A DNA stretch of 64,000 nucleotides. Source: Clostridiales bacterium. Its GTDB lineage: Bacteria > Bacillota > Clostridia > Oscillospirales > CAG-272. Position numbers and translations under genes: made by a program. The stretch is from NCBI GenBank assembly GCA_022800625.1, contig JAAWQR010000001.1:83736-147735 (forward strand), given 5' to 3'. The notes beneath the pieces were generated by a model. The model did no database searches. It saw only the letters and a list, made by a program, of their open reading frames with translations, and was not told where the DNA came from. Positions 27,634-38,253 of the stretch are shown in pieces (the first letter of the stretch is position 1; each line of letters begins with the position of its first letter).

Positions 27634-28857
27634 ATGGCAAAATCAGTGATGGCTCATCTCGTAATTCCTCAGGAGCTTTCCGATTTTTCTGATATTATTG
27701 ACAGCTGTTTCAATACCGATATTATAGGTGTTTATAATTCTCCGGAATACTTTGTTTTTCCCGGTTTTTGCGATGTGCATGTTCATTTTCGCGAACCGGG
27801 TTTTTCTTATAAAGAAACGATAGCTGCCGGAAGCATGGCAGCAGCTCACGGAGGTTATACAGCTGTATGTACTATGCCTAATCTGAATCCCGTTCCGGAT
27901 TCTGCAGAAAACTTAAAAATGCAAAGCGATATAATTGAGCGTGACTCTGTAATTCATGTTTATCCTTACGGAGCAATTACAAAAGGTGAGCGCGGAGAAG
28001 AATTATCGAATATAGATGAGCTTCAAAACCGCGTGATTGCATTTTCAGACGACGGCAGAGGCGTTCAAAATGAAGAAATGATGCGCACGGCAATGGAAAA
28101 AGCTGCATCCATGGGAAAGATAATTGCCGCGCACTGCGAAGTGAACTCACTACTGCACGGTGGATATATCCACGACGGAAAATATGCCGCCGAGCGTTCT
28201 CACATGGGTATTTGTTCTGCAAGTGAATATGAGCAGATAGAGCGCGACCTTTATCTTGCGGAAAAGACAGGCTGCGCATATCATGTATGTCACATTTCAG
28301 CTGCCGAATCAGTATTGCTTATAAGAGATGCTAAAGCACGCGGTGTCAACGTAACCTGCGAAACCGCGCCTCACTATTTGGTGCTTGATGAAAACGATCT
28401 CATAGAGGACGGAAGATTTAAAATGAATCCGCCGCTGAGAAGCAAAGATGATAAAAAGGCTCTTATCGAAGGCTTGCTCGACGGAACGATCGATATGATC
28501 GCAACGGATCATGCTCCTCATTCAGCAGAGGAAAAGTCACGCGGTCTTGAAAAAAGCGCTTTCGGGATAGTCGGACTTGAAACTGCATTCCCTGTTCTAT
28601 ATACGCATCTTGTGAAAAATAAAATAATCTCGATTGAGCGGCTGACAGAGCTTATGTCAAGTAATCCGAGAAAGAGATTCAATATTCCGCTTGGATGTGA
28701 CTTCTCTGTATGGAAGCTTGATGAAGCTTATACCGTAAATCCCGAAAACTTCCTGTCAAAAGGAAGATCAACGCCGTTTGAAGGCAATAAATTATACGGC
28801 AAATGCTATCTGACGGTTTGCGGCGGGAAAGCCGTATACCGATCGGAAATAAATTAA
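27634..28857 (+). CDS. pyrC: Dihydroorotase
   Basis: 407 aa with metal ligands DVHVHFREPG and DHAPH. The start is uncertain between 27634 and the in-frame ATG at 27649. Confidence 0.9.
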   Translation: MAKSVMAHLVIPQELSDFSDIIDSCFNTDIIGVYNSPEYFVFPGFCDVHVHFREPGFSYKETIAAGSMAAAHGGYTAVCTMPNLNPVPDSAENLKMQSDIIERDSVIHVYPYGAITKGERGEELSNIDELQNRVIAFSDDGRGVQNEEMMRTAMEKAASMGKIIAAHCEVNSLLHGGYIHDGKYAAERSHMGICSASEYEQIERDLYLAEKTGCAYHVCHISAAESVLLIRDAKARGVNVTCETAPHYLVLDENDLIEDGRFKMNPPLRSKDDKKALIEGLLDGTIDMIATDHAPHSAEEKSRGLEKSAFGIVGLETAFPVLYTHLVKNKIISIERLTELMSSNPRKRFNIPLGCDFSVWKLDEAYTVNPENFLSKGRSTPFEGNKLYGKCYLTVCGGKAVYRSEIN

Positions 28858-28887
28858 ATATATAAAATACAGAAAGGTTTTAAATAC

Positions 28888-31800
28888 ATGGCAAAAAGAA
28901 CTGATATCAAAAAAATTCTTATTATCGGCTCAGGACCTATAGTTATAGGACAAGCTGCTGAATTTGACTATGCAGGCACACAGGCATGTCTTGCTCTCAA
29001 AGAAGAAGGATATGAAGTTGTTCTTTGTAACTCAAATCCAGCAACGATTATGACCGATACAACTATAGCCGATAAGGTTTACATGGAACCGCTGACGCTT
29101 GAATATATCGCAAAAATTCTCCGATATGAAAGACCTGACGCAATTGTTCCGGGTATCGGAGGACAGACAGGGCTTAACCTTGCCATGCAGCTTGAGAAAA
29201 AAGGCATTCTCAAAGAGTGTGGCGTTGAGCTTTTAGGAACAAGCAGCCGCAGCATTGAGCGTGCCGAGGACAGAGAGCTCTTCAAAGAGCTTTGCCAGTC
29301 TATCGGAGAGCCGACTATCCCTTCACAGATCACATATTCTCTTGAAGAAGCAAAGAAAGCCGCTAAAGATATCGGATATCCTGTAGTTCTCCGCCCTGCC
29401 TTCACTCTCGGCGGAACAGGCGGCGGATTTGCATATAATGAAGAAGAGCTTATTGAAGTAGGTCTCAACGCATTTAAACTCTCCCCTGTTCATCAGGTTC
29501 TGATTGAGAAGAGCGTTAAGGGATATAAAGAGATAGAATTTGAAGTTATGCGCGACTCAAACGACCACGCCATAACCATTTGCGGAATGGAAAATGTAGA
29601 CCCTGTAGGAGTTCATACGGGCGACTCTATTGTTGTAGCTCCCATCATGACGCTGAACGATCACGACCTGAAAATGCTCAATGACAGCGCGATAAAAATT
29701 ATACGCGAGCTTGAGATAGAGGGCGGCTGCAACGTACAGTTTGCGCTTAACCCTGCTTCAAGCGAGTATTACCTCATTGAAGTGAATCCGAGAGTTTCGC
29801 GTTCATCGGCGCTCGCGTCAAAGGCAAGCGGATATCCGATAGCACGCGTTACGGCAAAGATCGCTGTAGGCATGGCGCTCGAGGATATCGCAATAGCGAA
29901 TACAAACGCATCGTTTGAACCGAGCCTTGATTATGTTGTAGCAAAGCTGCCGCGCTTCCCGTTCGATAAATTTGCAGGTGCACCGAACACTCTCGGAACT
30001 CAGATGAAGGCAACAGGCGAAGTTATGGGAATAGGCTCTACTTTTGAAGAATGTCTTTTGAAATCCGTTCGCTCACTTGAAATCGGAGCATCTCACTTCC
30101 ATCTGCCCAAATTTGACGGAATGTCGGAAAATGAATTGTTTGAATATATTACCGAATTCCGTGACGACAATATATTTGCTATAGCTGAACTTATGAGACG
30201 CGGGGTTACCGTTCAAAAATTATTTGAAATCACGATGATAACGCCTTTCTTCCTTGAATCTCTTGAAAGTATTATTAAGACAGAAAAAGAGATTGCGGAA
30301 AGCAAGTGCGATAAGGAAGTTCTGAAAAAAGCTAAGGCTATGGGTTTCAGCGATAAGTTCATCGCAAAGCTTTGGAATGTAGATGAAATCGAAGTTTATA
30401 ATCAAAGACTTCAAAATAAAATAATGCCGATATACAAGATGGTAGACACCTGCCATACCGGCGCTTATATTCCCTACTTCTATTCGTCATACATAGGAGA
30501 AAACGCATCGCGCCTGTCGGACAAAAAGAAAATAATTGTTCTGGGCGCAGGTCCTATCCGTATCGGTCAGGGAGTAGAATTCGACTACTCTACCGTTCAC
30601 GCGGTAACAACAATAAAAAATTCGGGATACGAGGCTATTATCATAAATAATAATCCCGAAACGGTTTCAACCGACTATACGACCTCGGACAAGCTCTATT
30701 TTGAGCCTTTGACAACCGAGGATGTCATGAACATCATCGAGTTTGAAAAGCCTGAAGGTGTTATCGCTTCCCTCGGAGGTCAGACTGCAATCAATTTGGC
30801 TGAGCCCTTAATGCGCCGCGGCGTTAAGATCATCGGTACTGACTGTGAAGCTATAGAGCGTGCTGAGAACAGAGACAGCTTTGAAAAAATACTTGAAGAG
30901 CTTAACATACCTCAGCCTCAGGGTAAGGCAGTTACTAAGATTGAGGATGGTATTACAGCTGCTGAAAAAATCGGCTATCCCGTTCTTGTCCGTCCGAGCT
31001 TCGTGCTCGGCGGCCGTGCAATGCAGATCGTTGCTAACGAAGAACAGCTCAGACATTATCTCAAAACAGCCGTTGAAATAGACGAGGACAAACCTGTTCT
31101 TGTTGACAAGTATATTCAGGGTAAGGAAGTAGAGGTTGACGCAATATGCGACGGACGCGACGTGTTTGTTCCGGGAATCATGGAGCTGGTTGAGCGCACA
31201 GGAGTACATAGCGGCGACTCGATAAGCGTATACCCGTCCTTCAGCATATCCGACAAGGTTAAAGGAACCATTCTGACATATGCGAAAAAGCTTGGTCTCG
31301 GCATCGGTATCATAGGTCTTTACAACATTCAATTTATCGTTGATGAAAACGAAAATGTATTTATTATCGAAGTAAACCCCAGATCTTCGAGAACTGTTCC
31401 CTTCCTCTCAAAGGCTACGGGATACAGCCTTGCCGACATTGCAACGGAAGTTATAATGGGCAAAACACTTAAGGAACAAGGAATATTTGATATTTATCCT
31501 GAAGAGAAAAAACGCGTGTATGTTAAAGTTCCCGTATTCTCGTTTAATAAGATCCGCGGACTTGACGCATATCTTTCACCCGAGATGAAATCGACAGGTG
31601 AAGCGATCGGGTATGACGACAAGCTGAACCGCGCGCTTTATAAAGCGCTTCAGGCATCGGGAATGCACCTCCAAAATTACGGAACTGTCTTTGCGACTAT
31701 TGCGGACAAGGACAAAGAAGAAGCTCTGCCTCTTATCAGACGCTTCTATAATCTCGGATTTAACATCGAGGCTACCGAAGGCACGGCTAACTTCCTGAAG

Positions 31801-32061
31801 AGTAACGGAATACGCACGCATATTCTTGGGAAGATCGGTGACGGAAGCGAAGAAATTCCCGATGCTCTTCGTCAGGGACACATTGCATACGTTATCAGTA
31901 CTAAAGATATAGGCTCGATGGGACAGATCAGCGACGGATACAAGATACGAAGATATGCAACTGAAAACAACGTAACGATGTTTACAGCTCTTGACACCGT
32001 AAAGGTTCTTCTTGATGTTCTTGAAGAAACCACCATCACAATATCAACGATCGACTCCTGA
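28888..32061 (+). CDS. carB: Carbamoyl-phosphate synthase large subunit
   Basis: 1057 aa with duplicated ATP-grasp halves (IIGSGPIVIGQAAEFDYAGTQA and VLGAGPIRIGQGVEFDYSTVHA) and a C-terminal MGS-like domain. Confidence 0.95.
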   Translation: MAKRTDIKKILIIGSGPIVIGQAAEFDYAGTQACLALKEEGYEVVLCNSNPATIMTDTTIADKVYMEPLTLEYIAKILRYERPDAIVPGIGGQTGLNLAMQLEKKGILKECGVELLGTSSRSIERAEDRELFKELCQSIGEPTIPSQITYSLEEAKKAAKDIGYPVVLRPAFTLGGTGGGFAYNEEELIEVGLNAFKLSPVHQVLIEKSVKGYKEIEFEVMRDSNDHAITICGMENVDPVGVHTGDSIVVAPIMTLNDHDLKMLNDSAIKIIRELEIEGGCNVQFALNPASSEYYLIEVNPRVSRSSALASKASGYPIARVTAKIAVGMALEDIAIANTNASFEPSLDYVVAKLPRFPFDKFAGAPNTLGTQMKATGEVMGIGSTFEECLLKSVRSLEIGASHFHLPKFDGMSENELFEYITEFRDDNIFAIAELMRRGVTVQKLFEITMITPFFLESLESIIKTEKEIAESKCDKEVLKKAKAMGFSDKFIAKLWNVDEIEVYNQRLQNKIMPIYKMVDTCHTGAYIPYFYSSYIGENASRLSDKKKIIVLGAGPIRIGQGVEFDYSTVHAVTTIKNSGYEAIIINNNPETVSTDYTTSDKLYFEPLTTEDVMNIIEFEKPEGVIASLGGQTAINLAEPLMRRGVKIIGTDCEAIERAENRDSFEKILEELNIPQPQGKAVTKIEDGITAAEKIGYPVLVRPSFVLGGRAMQIVANEEQLRHYLKTAVEIDEDKPVLVDKYIQGKEVEVDAICDGRDVFVPGIMELVERTGVHSGDSISVYPSFSISDKVKGTILTYAKKLGLGIGIIGLYNIQFIVDENENVFIIEVNPRSSRTVPFLSKATGYSLADIATEVIMGKTLKEQGIFDIYPEEKKRVYVKVPVFSFNKIRGLDAYLSPEMKSTGEAIGYDDKLNRALYKALQASGMHLQNYGTVFATIADKDKEEALPLIRRFYNLGFNIEATEGTANFLKSNGIRTHILGKIGDGSEEIPDALRQGHIAYVISTKDIGSMGQISDGYKIRRYATENNVTMFTALDTVKVLLDVLEETTITISTIDS

Positions 32062-32097
32062 CAGAACAAAATATAAAACAAAGGCAAGGATACCTCA

Positions 32098-32835
32098 ATG
32101 AAGCAGTGCCAATTTGAAGTTACGGAAAATATCTCTCTTACCGACACGGTTAAGAGAATGAAGCTGCGCGGAGATACTTCGACAATTATTCGTCCGGGAC
32201 AGTTTATAAATATTAAACTTGACGGCATGTTTTTAAGACGTCCGATCTCGGTATGTGATGTTGAAGACGATATTTTAACGATCATTTATAAAATAGTCGG
32301 AAAAGGAACCGAGCTTATGAGCCGCATGAAAAGCGGAACTATGCTTGATGTTCTCAGCGGACTCGGGAACGGATATGACACTTCCGTTTCCGGGGATTCT
32401 CCCCTGCTTATCGGCGGCGGAGTCGGAGTTCCTCCCCTTTACATGCTCGCAAAAAAGCTTATATCCGAGGGAAAAAATGTTACTGTAATTCTCGGATTTA
32501 ATACCAAAGACGAAGTATTTTATGAATCGGAATTTACAAATCTCGGAGCTGATGTTACAGTCGCAACAGCTGATGGATCGTACGGAATTCGCGGATTTGT
32601 TACAGACGCGATGACGGACGGCGGATACTCATATTTTTATACCTGCGGACCTGAACTGATGCTGAAAGCTGTTTATTCAAAAAGCGATACATCAGGTCAA
32701 TTCAGCTTTGAGGAAAGAATGGGCTGCGGATTCGGCGCTTGTATGGGCTGTTCCTGCAAAACAGTCACAGGCAACAAAAGAATTTGCAAGGAAGGCCCTG
32801 TTCTTACAAAGGAGGACATCATATGGCAGGCTTGA
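32098..32835 (+). CDS. pyrK: Dihydroorotate dehydrogenase B electron-transfer subunit
   Basis: 245 aa with an FNR-like fold and the C-terminal 2Fe-2S cysteine cluster CGFGACMGCSC...C. Confidence 0.85.
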   Translation: MKQCQFEVTENISLTDTVKRMKLRGDTSTIIRPGQFINIKLDGMFLRRPISVCDVEDDILTIIYKIVGKGTELMSRMKSGTMLDVLSGLGNGYDTSVSGDSPLLIGGGVGVPPLYMLAKKLISEGKNVTVILGFNTKDEVFYESEFTNLGADVTVATADGSYGIRGFVTDAMTDGGYSYFYTCGPELMLKAVYSKSDTSGQFSFEERMGCGFGACMGCSCKTVTGNKRICKEGPVLTKEDIIWQA

Positions 32836-33737
32836 AAGTAGATCTCTGCGGAATTACTATCGATAATCCCGTAATTCCCGCAAGCGGAACATTCGGTTAC
32901 GGATATGAATTTGCAGAGCTGTATGATATAAATATTTTGGGTACATTCTCTTTCAAAGGTACGACAAAAGACGAAAGATTCGGCAACCCTACTCCGCGTA
33001 TTGCAGAATGCAAATCAGGTATGATAAATGCTGTGGGACTACAGAATCCCGGAGTTGACAAGGTTATCTCCGAGGAGCTTCCGAAAGCTAAAAAATGTTT
33101 CTGTAAGAAAATCATGGCTAATGTCAGCGGATTTTCTGTAGATGATTATGCCTACACCTGTGAGAAGCTTGATTGCTGTGATGAGATTGGGTGGTTTGAA
33201 GTCAACGTAAGCTGCCCTAATGTTCACGGCGGCGGAATGAGCTTCGGTACAGATCCTGCTGCTGCCGCAGATGTTACAAAAGCTGTAAAGAAAGTTACGT
33301 CAAAACCGGTTATAATGAAGCTCTCCCCCAATGTAACCGATATCGTTCAGATAGCTAAGGCTTGTGAGGAAGCGGGAGCCGACGGAATCAGTCTTATAAA
33401 TACGCTGCTCGGAATGCGCATTAACCTGAAAACAAAACGCCCTGTCATTGCTAACAAAATGGGCGGTTTCTCGGGAGACGCAATCTTCCCTGTTGCGCTG
33501 AGAATGGTATATCAGGTATCCTCCGCCGTAAAAATTCCCGTTATAGGCATGGGCGGTGTGTCAAGCGCAGAGGACGTTATTGAAATGATGCTTGCGGGAG
33601 CTTGCGCTGTTGAAGTCGGAGCTGCAAATCTTGTAAATCCGTTTGCATGCCGCGACATAATAAATGATTTGCCGCGTGTTATGGAAAAATATAAGATAGA
33701 TGATTTGAGCAGCATTATAGGAGCTGCTCACTCATAA
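32823..33737 (+). CDS. pyrD: Dihydroorotate dehydrogenase B catalytic subunit
   Basis: MAGLKVDLCGITIDNPVIPASGTFGYG...NVSCPN. ATG at 32823 overlaps the pyrK end. The longer track ORF (32739) is an N-terminal artefact. Confidence 0.9.
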   Translation: MAGLKVDLCGITIDNPVIPASGTFGYGYEFAELYDINILGTFSFKGTTKDERFGNPTPRIAECKSGMINAVGLQNPGVDKVISEELPKAKKCFCKKIMANVSGFSVDDYAYTCEKLDCCDEIGWFEVNVSCPNVHGGGMSFGTDPAAAADVTKAVKKVTSKPVIMKLSPNVTDIVQIAKACEEAGADGISLINTLLGMRINLKTKRPVIANKMGGFSGDAIFPVALRMVYQVSSAVKIPVIGMGGVSSAEDVIEMMLAGACAVEVGAANLVNPFACRDIINDLPRVMEKYKIDDLSSIIGAAHS

Positions 33738-33771
33738 ATAAAATCTAATTTAAGAAAGGCAATCTGTTAAG

Positions 33772-34470
33772 ATGGGAAAAGATGTAATTGTAGCTTGCGA
33801 TTTTGCGAGCGCTGATGCGGTATTCGATTTTCTTGACAAATTTGAAGGAAGAAAGCCGTTTGTCAAGATAGGAATGGAGTTATTTTATGCTGAAGGTCCG
33901 TCTATTGTACGCGAAATAAAAAAGCGCGGTCATAAAATATTCCTCGATTTAAAGCTCCACGATATTCCGAATACCGTAAAAAAATCAATGGCTGTGCTCA
34001 GCAGGCTTGACGTTGATATGTGCAACCTTCATGCAGGCGGCACTGTTCGTATGATGGAAGCGGCTATTGAAGGACTTACCCGTCCCGACGGAACAAGGCC
34101 GATTCTTATAGCGGTAACTCAACTGACATCCACCGACCAGCAAAGCATGGAAGAGGATATGCTTATTCACGAGCCGATAGACAAGGTGGTAATGCACTAT
34201 GCCTCAAGAGCAAAATCAGCAGGACTTGACGGCGTGGTCTGTTCTCCTCTCGAAGCCGGAAAGGTACACGAAGTATGCGGATGTGATTTCTTAACTGTAA
34301 CTCCGGGCGTTAGATTCGCAGACGGTGATATCGGAGATCAGAAGAGAGTTATGACTCCCTCTGAGGCTCGCAAAATCGGATCTGACTATATTGTTGTCGG
34401 CAGGCCCATAACAGCGGCTTCCGATCCTGTTGCGGCTTATGAGAAATGCGTTAGTGAATTTTGTGATTAA
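33772..34470 (+). CDS. pyrF: Orotidine 5'-phosphate decarboxylase
   Basis: 232 aa with FLDLKLHDIPNTV and the C-terminal IVVGRPI. Confidence 0.9.
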   Translation: MGKDVIVACDFASADAVFDFLDKFEGRKPFVKIGMELFYAEGPSIVREIKKRGHKIFLDLKLHDIPNTVKKSMAVLSRLDVDMCNLHAGGTVRMMEAAIEGLTRPDGTRPILIAVTQLTSTDQQSMEEDMLIHEPIDKVVMHYASRAKSAGLDGVVCSPLEAGKVHEVCGCDFLTVTPGVRFADGDIGDQKRVMTPSEARKIGSDYIVVGRPITAASDPVAAYEKCVSEFCD

Positions 34471-34482
34471 GGAGACTGAATA

Positions 34483-35139
34483 ATGGAAAGCTATAAAAGA
34501 GAATTTATAAAATTTTTGGAAGGCGCAGGCGTTTTAAAATTCGGCGATTTTACTGCAAAATCAGGCAGAAAGATTCCGTATTTTATCAACGCGGGCGATA
34601 TAAAAACCGGCGATCAGATTTCAAAGCTCGGAGAATTCTATGCGAAAGCATATTTTGAAAAGATCGGCAATAAGAGAACTGTTCTTTACGGACCGGCTTA
34701 TAAAGGTATTCCGATAGCGGTTTCCGTTGCCTGCGCGCTCTCAAAAGAAGGTCTTGACGTGCCGTTCTTCTTTAACCGCAAGGAAGAAAAAGACCACGGA
34801 GAAGGCGGTGTCTTTGTAGGATACAAACCTACCGCCGGTGAAGAGATCGTCATTGTTGAGGACGTTATTACAGCCGGTACGGCTATTCGTGAAAGTATGG
34901 CAATATTAAACAGCTTGAACGGAGTTAAGGTTGCCGCTGTATTCGTTATGGTTGACCGCAAAGAAAAAGGTCAGGGTGAAAAATCTGCTATGGCAGAAGT
35001 AGGCGAGGAATTCGGATTCCCCGTTTATTCCGTTGTAGATGTTTACGACATTATCGAATATCTTGAAGAAGATCCGAAAAACAGAGAAAATGTTGAGCGG
35101 ATTAAAAAATATCTTGCGGTAAACGGCGCAAAGAACTAA
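34483..35139 (+). CDS. pyrE: Orotate phosphoribosyltransferase
   Basis: 218 aa with the PRPP-binding motif IVIVEDVITAGTA. Confidence 0.9.
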   Translation: MESYKREFIKFLEGAGVLKFGDFTAKSGRKIPYFINAGDIKTGDQISKLGEFYAKAYFEKIGNKRTVLYGPAYKGIPIAVSVACALSKEGLDVPFFFNRKEEKDHGEGGVFVGYKPTAGEEIVIVEDVITAGTAIRESMAILNSLNGVKVAAVFVMVDRKEKGQGEKSAMAEVGEEFGFPVYSVVDVYDIIEYLEEDPKNRENVERIKKYLAVNGAKN

Positions 35140-35163
35140 AAATGAAAGGCAAGGTCGTATAAT

Positions 35164-36078
35164 TTGAGAAGCCTTATTGATATCCTTGATTTTTCGGTTG
35201 AAGAAATAGATGTGCTTATTGCTGCTGCGGACAAAATCATCGAAAATCCGGCTGAATACGCTGAAAAATGCCGTGGAAAAAAGCTTGCTACCCTCTTTTA
35301 TGAACCGTCAACAAGAACAAGACTCAGTTTTGAAGCGGCAATGATGGAACTGGGTGGTAATGTAATCGGCTTTTCCGAAGCCGCCAGCTCATCTGCCGCC
35401 AAGGGCGAGAGCATTGCCGACACCGCAAGAATCATTAGCTGCTATGCGGACATAATCGCTATGCGCCATCCCAAGGAAGGCGCTCCGCTTATCGCTGCAA
35501 AATACGCGTCAATCCCCGTAATCAATGCCGGCGACGGCGGTCACAATCATCCGACACAGACGCTGACCGACTTATTAACGATCGCACGCGAAAAGAAGAG
35601 ACTGTCATCACTAACAGTCGGTCTTTGCGGAGACCTAAAGTTTGGAAGAACCGTTCACTCTCTGATATGTGCGATGGCTCGGTACAGCGATGTTAAATTC
35701 GTGCTGATATCTCCCGATGAGCTGAAGCTCCCAAGCTACGTAAAAAAAGATGTTCTGAAGAAGAACAATATTCCGTATTTACAGACCGCAAGCCTTGAGG
35801 AGGCTATGCCTGAGCTTGATATTCTTTATATGACGAGAGTTCAGCGCGAAAGGTTCTTTAACGAAGAAGATTACCTGCGGCTTAAAGACAGTTATATTCT
35901 TGATAAAAACAAACTTGCGGGAGCAAAAGACGATCTGATTATAATGCACCCGCTTCCGCGCGTAAATGAAATAGATCCTTCCGTTGACGACGATCCGCGC
36001 GCATGCTATTTCAGACAGGCAAACTACGGTAAATATATACGTATGGCTCTTATTCTGAAATTGCTTGAAATTTCCTGA
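35164..36078 (+). CDS. pyrB: Aspartate carbamoyltransferase catalytic subunit
   Basis: 304 aa with [17 protein letters not shown] and HPLPR motifs. TTG start. Confidence 0.9.
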   Translation: MRSLIDILDFSVEEIDVLIAAADKIIENPAEYAEKCRGKKLATLFYEPSTRTRLSFEAAMMELGGNVIGFSEAASSSAAKGESIADTARIISCYADIIAMRHPKEGAPLIAAKYASIPVINAGDGGHNHPTQTLTDLLTIAREKKRLSSLTVGLCGDLKFGRTVHSLICAMARYSDVKFVLISPDELKLPSYVKKDVLKKNNIPYLQTASLEEAMPELDILYMTRVQRERFFNEEDYLRLKDSYILDKNKLAGAKDDLIIMHPLPRVNEIDPSVDDDPRACYFRQANYGKYIRMALILKLLEIS

Positions 36079-36108
36079 AGCTTATTGCAAGGAAGGTGAA
36101 AATTCTTT

Positions 36109-36525
36109 ATGAAAATTGATTCAATATCAAATGGAATCGTAATAGATCACATAACAGCCGGACGCGGTATGATGCTTTATGAGCTGCTCGGACTTGATAA
36201 GCTCGACTGCTCTGTTGCAATTATAAAAAATGTAACAAGCGGAAAGCTTTCTAAAAAAGACATTATAAAAATCGATGCCGATATTCCGATAAATTTTGAC
36301 GTTATAGGTTATGTCGATCCCGGAGCTACAGTCAATGTAATAAAAAATGAGCAGATTGTGGAAAAGCGAACGATAGACATCCCCGAAAAGCTCACAAATG
36401 TTATAACTTGTAAAAATCCGCGCTGTATTACAACGGTTGAACACGGAATTGATCAAATATTCAAGCTTGTTGACCGCGAAAATAAAATTTATCGCTGCAT
36501 TTACTGCGAAGCAAAAGCAAAATAA
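36109..36525 (+). CDS. pyrI: Aspartate carbamoyltransferase regulatory subunit
   Basis: 138 aa with the N-terminal ISNGIVIDHI and the C-terminal zinc domain CKNPRCIT...YRCIYCE. Confidence 0.85.
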   Translation: MKIDSISNGIVIDHITAGRGMMLYELLGLDKLDCSVAIIKNVTSGKLSKKDIIKIDADIPINFDVIGYVDPGATVNVIKNEQIVEKRTIDIPEKLTNVITCKNPRCITTVEHGIDQIFKLVDRENKIYRCIYCEAKAK

Positions 36526-36584
36526 CTGCATATTGAGAAAAAATACTTATATCCTACAGCCAACGAAAGGAATGGTTTAATATT

Positions 36585-38090
36585 ATGGCAACCTTCATCA
36601 ATGAACCCTCGCATACCTTTAATGAGTATTTGCTCATTCCGGGATATTCCTCAAGCGAATGTATTCCCGCAAACGTAAGTCTTAAAACTCCCCTTGTAAA
36701 ATTCAAAAAGGGAGAAGAATCTGCAATTACCATGAATATACCCATGGTATCCGCTATAATGCAGTCCGTGTCGGGCGACAGGCTCGCTGTAGCTCTCGCA
36801 ACTGAGGGCGGCGTATCCTTTATCTACGGCTCTCAGTCGATTGAAGACGAGGCTGCTATGGTAAAGCGTGCAAAAAATTATAAAGCAGGATTTGTAAAAA
36901 GCGATTCAAATATAAAGCCTGACGATACTTTGGCAGACGTTGTTGCTCTTAAAGAAAAAAACGGTCACTCGACCGTTGCAGTAACTTCTGACGGAACTGC
37001 GGACGGAAAACTGCTAGGAATTGTAACAGGCCGTGATTACAGAGTCAGCAGAATGTCTCCCGACACAAAAGTAAAGGAATTTATGACACCCTTTGACAAG
37101 TTAATATATGCTCATGAGGGAACGACTCTGAAGGAAGCCAACGATATAATTTGGGATAATAAGCTCAATTCCCTTCCCATTGTCAGTGATGACGGCAAGC
37201 TTTGCTACTTTGTTTTCAGAAAGGACTATGATACTCACAAACAGAATCCGAATGAGTTGCTTGACTCATCAAAGAGATATGTTGTCGGAGCGGGAATAAA
37301 TACGCGCGACTATGCAGAACGCGTACCTGCTCTCGTAGAAGCAGGAGCAGACGTGCTTTGCATCGACTCGTCAGAGGGTTTCTCCGAATGGCAGAAACTG
37401 ACGATCGAATGGATTCGTGAAAAATACGGCGACAGCGTTAAAGTCGGAGCAGGTAACGTAGTTGACTCCGAAGGTTTCCGCTATCTTGCCGAATGCGGCG
37501 CCGACTTCATTAAAGTCGGTATCGGCGGCGGATCTATCTGCATTACAAGAGAAACAAAGGGTATCGGCCGCGGTCAGGCTACTGCCCTTATCGAAACCTG
37601 CAAGGCTCGCGACGAATACTACAAAGAAACAGGCGTTTATATTCCCGTTTGCTCCGACGGCGGTATCGTTTACGACCATCACATGACACTGGCGCTTGCT
37701 ATGGGAGCTGATTTCATCATGCTCGGAAGATACTTTGCACGTTTTGATGAAAGTCCTACAAATAAAGTGAATATCGGCGGAACTTATTACAAGGAGTATT
37801 GGGGAGAGGGGTCAAGCCGCGCTCGAAACTGGCAGAGATATGATCTCGGCGGAGACAAAAAACTCTCATTTGAAGAAGGCGTAGACTCATATGTTCCTTA
37901 TGCCGGAACTCTTAAAGATAATGTTGCTCTGTCGCTCAGCAAGGTAAAATCCACAATGTGCAATTGCGGTGCACTGACGATTCCCGAGCTTCAGCAAAAA
38001 GCAAAGCTTACTCTCGTTTCTGCAACAAGTATTGTCGAGGGCGGAGCGCACGATGTAATTCAGAAGGAAAAAACATCGCCGATCAAATAA
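36585..38090 (+). CDS. guaB: IMP dehydrogenase
   Basis: 501 aa with the catalytic loop [13 protein letters not shown] and an inserted CBS pair. Confidence 0.9.
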   Translation: MATFINEPSHTFNEYLLIPGYSSSECIPANVSLKTPLVKFKKGEESAITMNIPMVSAIMQSVSGDRLAVALATEGGVSFIYGSQSIEDEAAMVKRAKNYKAGFVKSDSNIKPDDTLADVVALKEKNGHSTVAVTSDGTADGKLLGIVTGRDYRVSRMSPDTKVKEFMTPFDKLIYAHEGTTLKEANDIIWDNKLNSLPIVSDDGKLCYFVFRKDYDTHKQNPNELLDSSKRYVVGAGINTRDYAERVPALVEAGADVLCIDSSEGFSEWQKLTIEWIREKYGDSVKVGAGNVVDSEGFRYLAECGADFIKVGIGGGSICITRETKGIGRGQATALIETCKARDEYYKETGVYIPVCSDGGIVYDHHMTLALAMGADFIMLGRYFARFDESPTNKVNIGGTYYKEYWGEGSSRARNWQRYDLGGDKKLSFEEGVDSYVPYAGTLKDNVALSLSKVKSTMCNCGALTIPELQQKAKLTLVSATSIVEGGAHDVIQKEKTSPIK

Positions 38091-38117
38091 ATATCATAAA
38101 TATTTTTATTCTGTGCC

Positions 38118-38146
38118 TTGACACAAAATTTATTTTGTGATATACT
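38118..38146 (+). promoter_or_regulatory. Sigma-A-type promoter for the pur operon leader
   Basis: TTGACA (38118-38123), a 17-nt spacer, then TGaTATACT (-10 at 38141-38146). Confidence 0.65.
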
Positions 38147-38165
38147 GAATTCGACAAAAAAATAT

Positions 38166-38253
38166 TGTTTTCTGTAACTGACGGATCTGTGGAGTACCAC
38201 ATTGGAGCAGAAAACTTATCGGGTTATCCGATTTTAAGTCGACCGTCTGGGCA
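38166..38253 (+). promoter_or_regulatory. ZTP (ZMP/ZTP-sensing, pfl-motif) riboswitch aptamer
   Basis: P1 is gttttctg (38166-73) / cagaaaac (38207-14). The junction is UAACUGACGGAUC. P2 is tgtgg-agta-ccaca followed by UUGGAG. After a linker hairpin comes the 3' sub-domain cgaCCGUCUGGGCA (38241-53). GACGG/CCGUC co-varies relative to the consensus GGCGG/CCGCC as I remember it. Confidence 0.85.

Noticed and set aside
32739-32822. N-terminal extensions of track ORFs: pyrD 32739, purN 42281, purO 42861, purD 44944, fhs 49970, polA 18191, trpD 60880, trpF 62703
   Set aside because: The extensions overlap the preceding gene or lack an SD. In each case an internal ATG is preceded by a well-spaced SD and reproduces the conserved family N-terminus.
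36127-36531. 134-aa minus-strand ORF covering all of pyrI; similar long antisense ORFs lie inside carB (30808-31332), fhs (50639-51070, 51349-51840), the nahK-like gene (24359-24865) and trpF (62910-63413)
   Set aside because: Each is the mirror frame of a confidently assigned gene in AT-rich DNA. None has an RBS or recognisable motifs, and the composition is typical of antisense artefacts.
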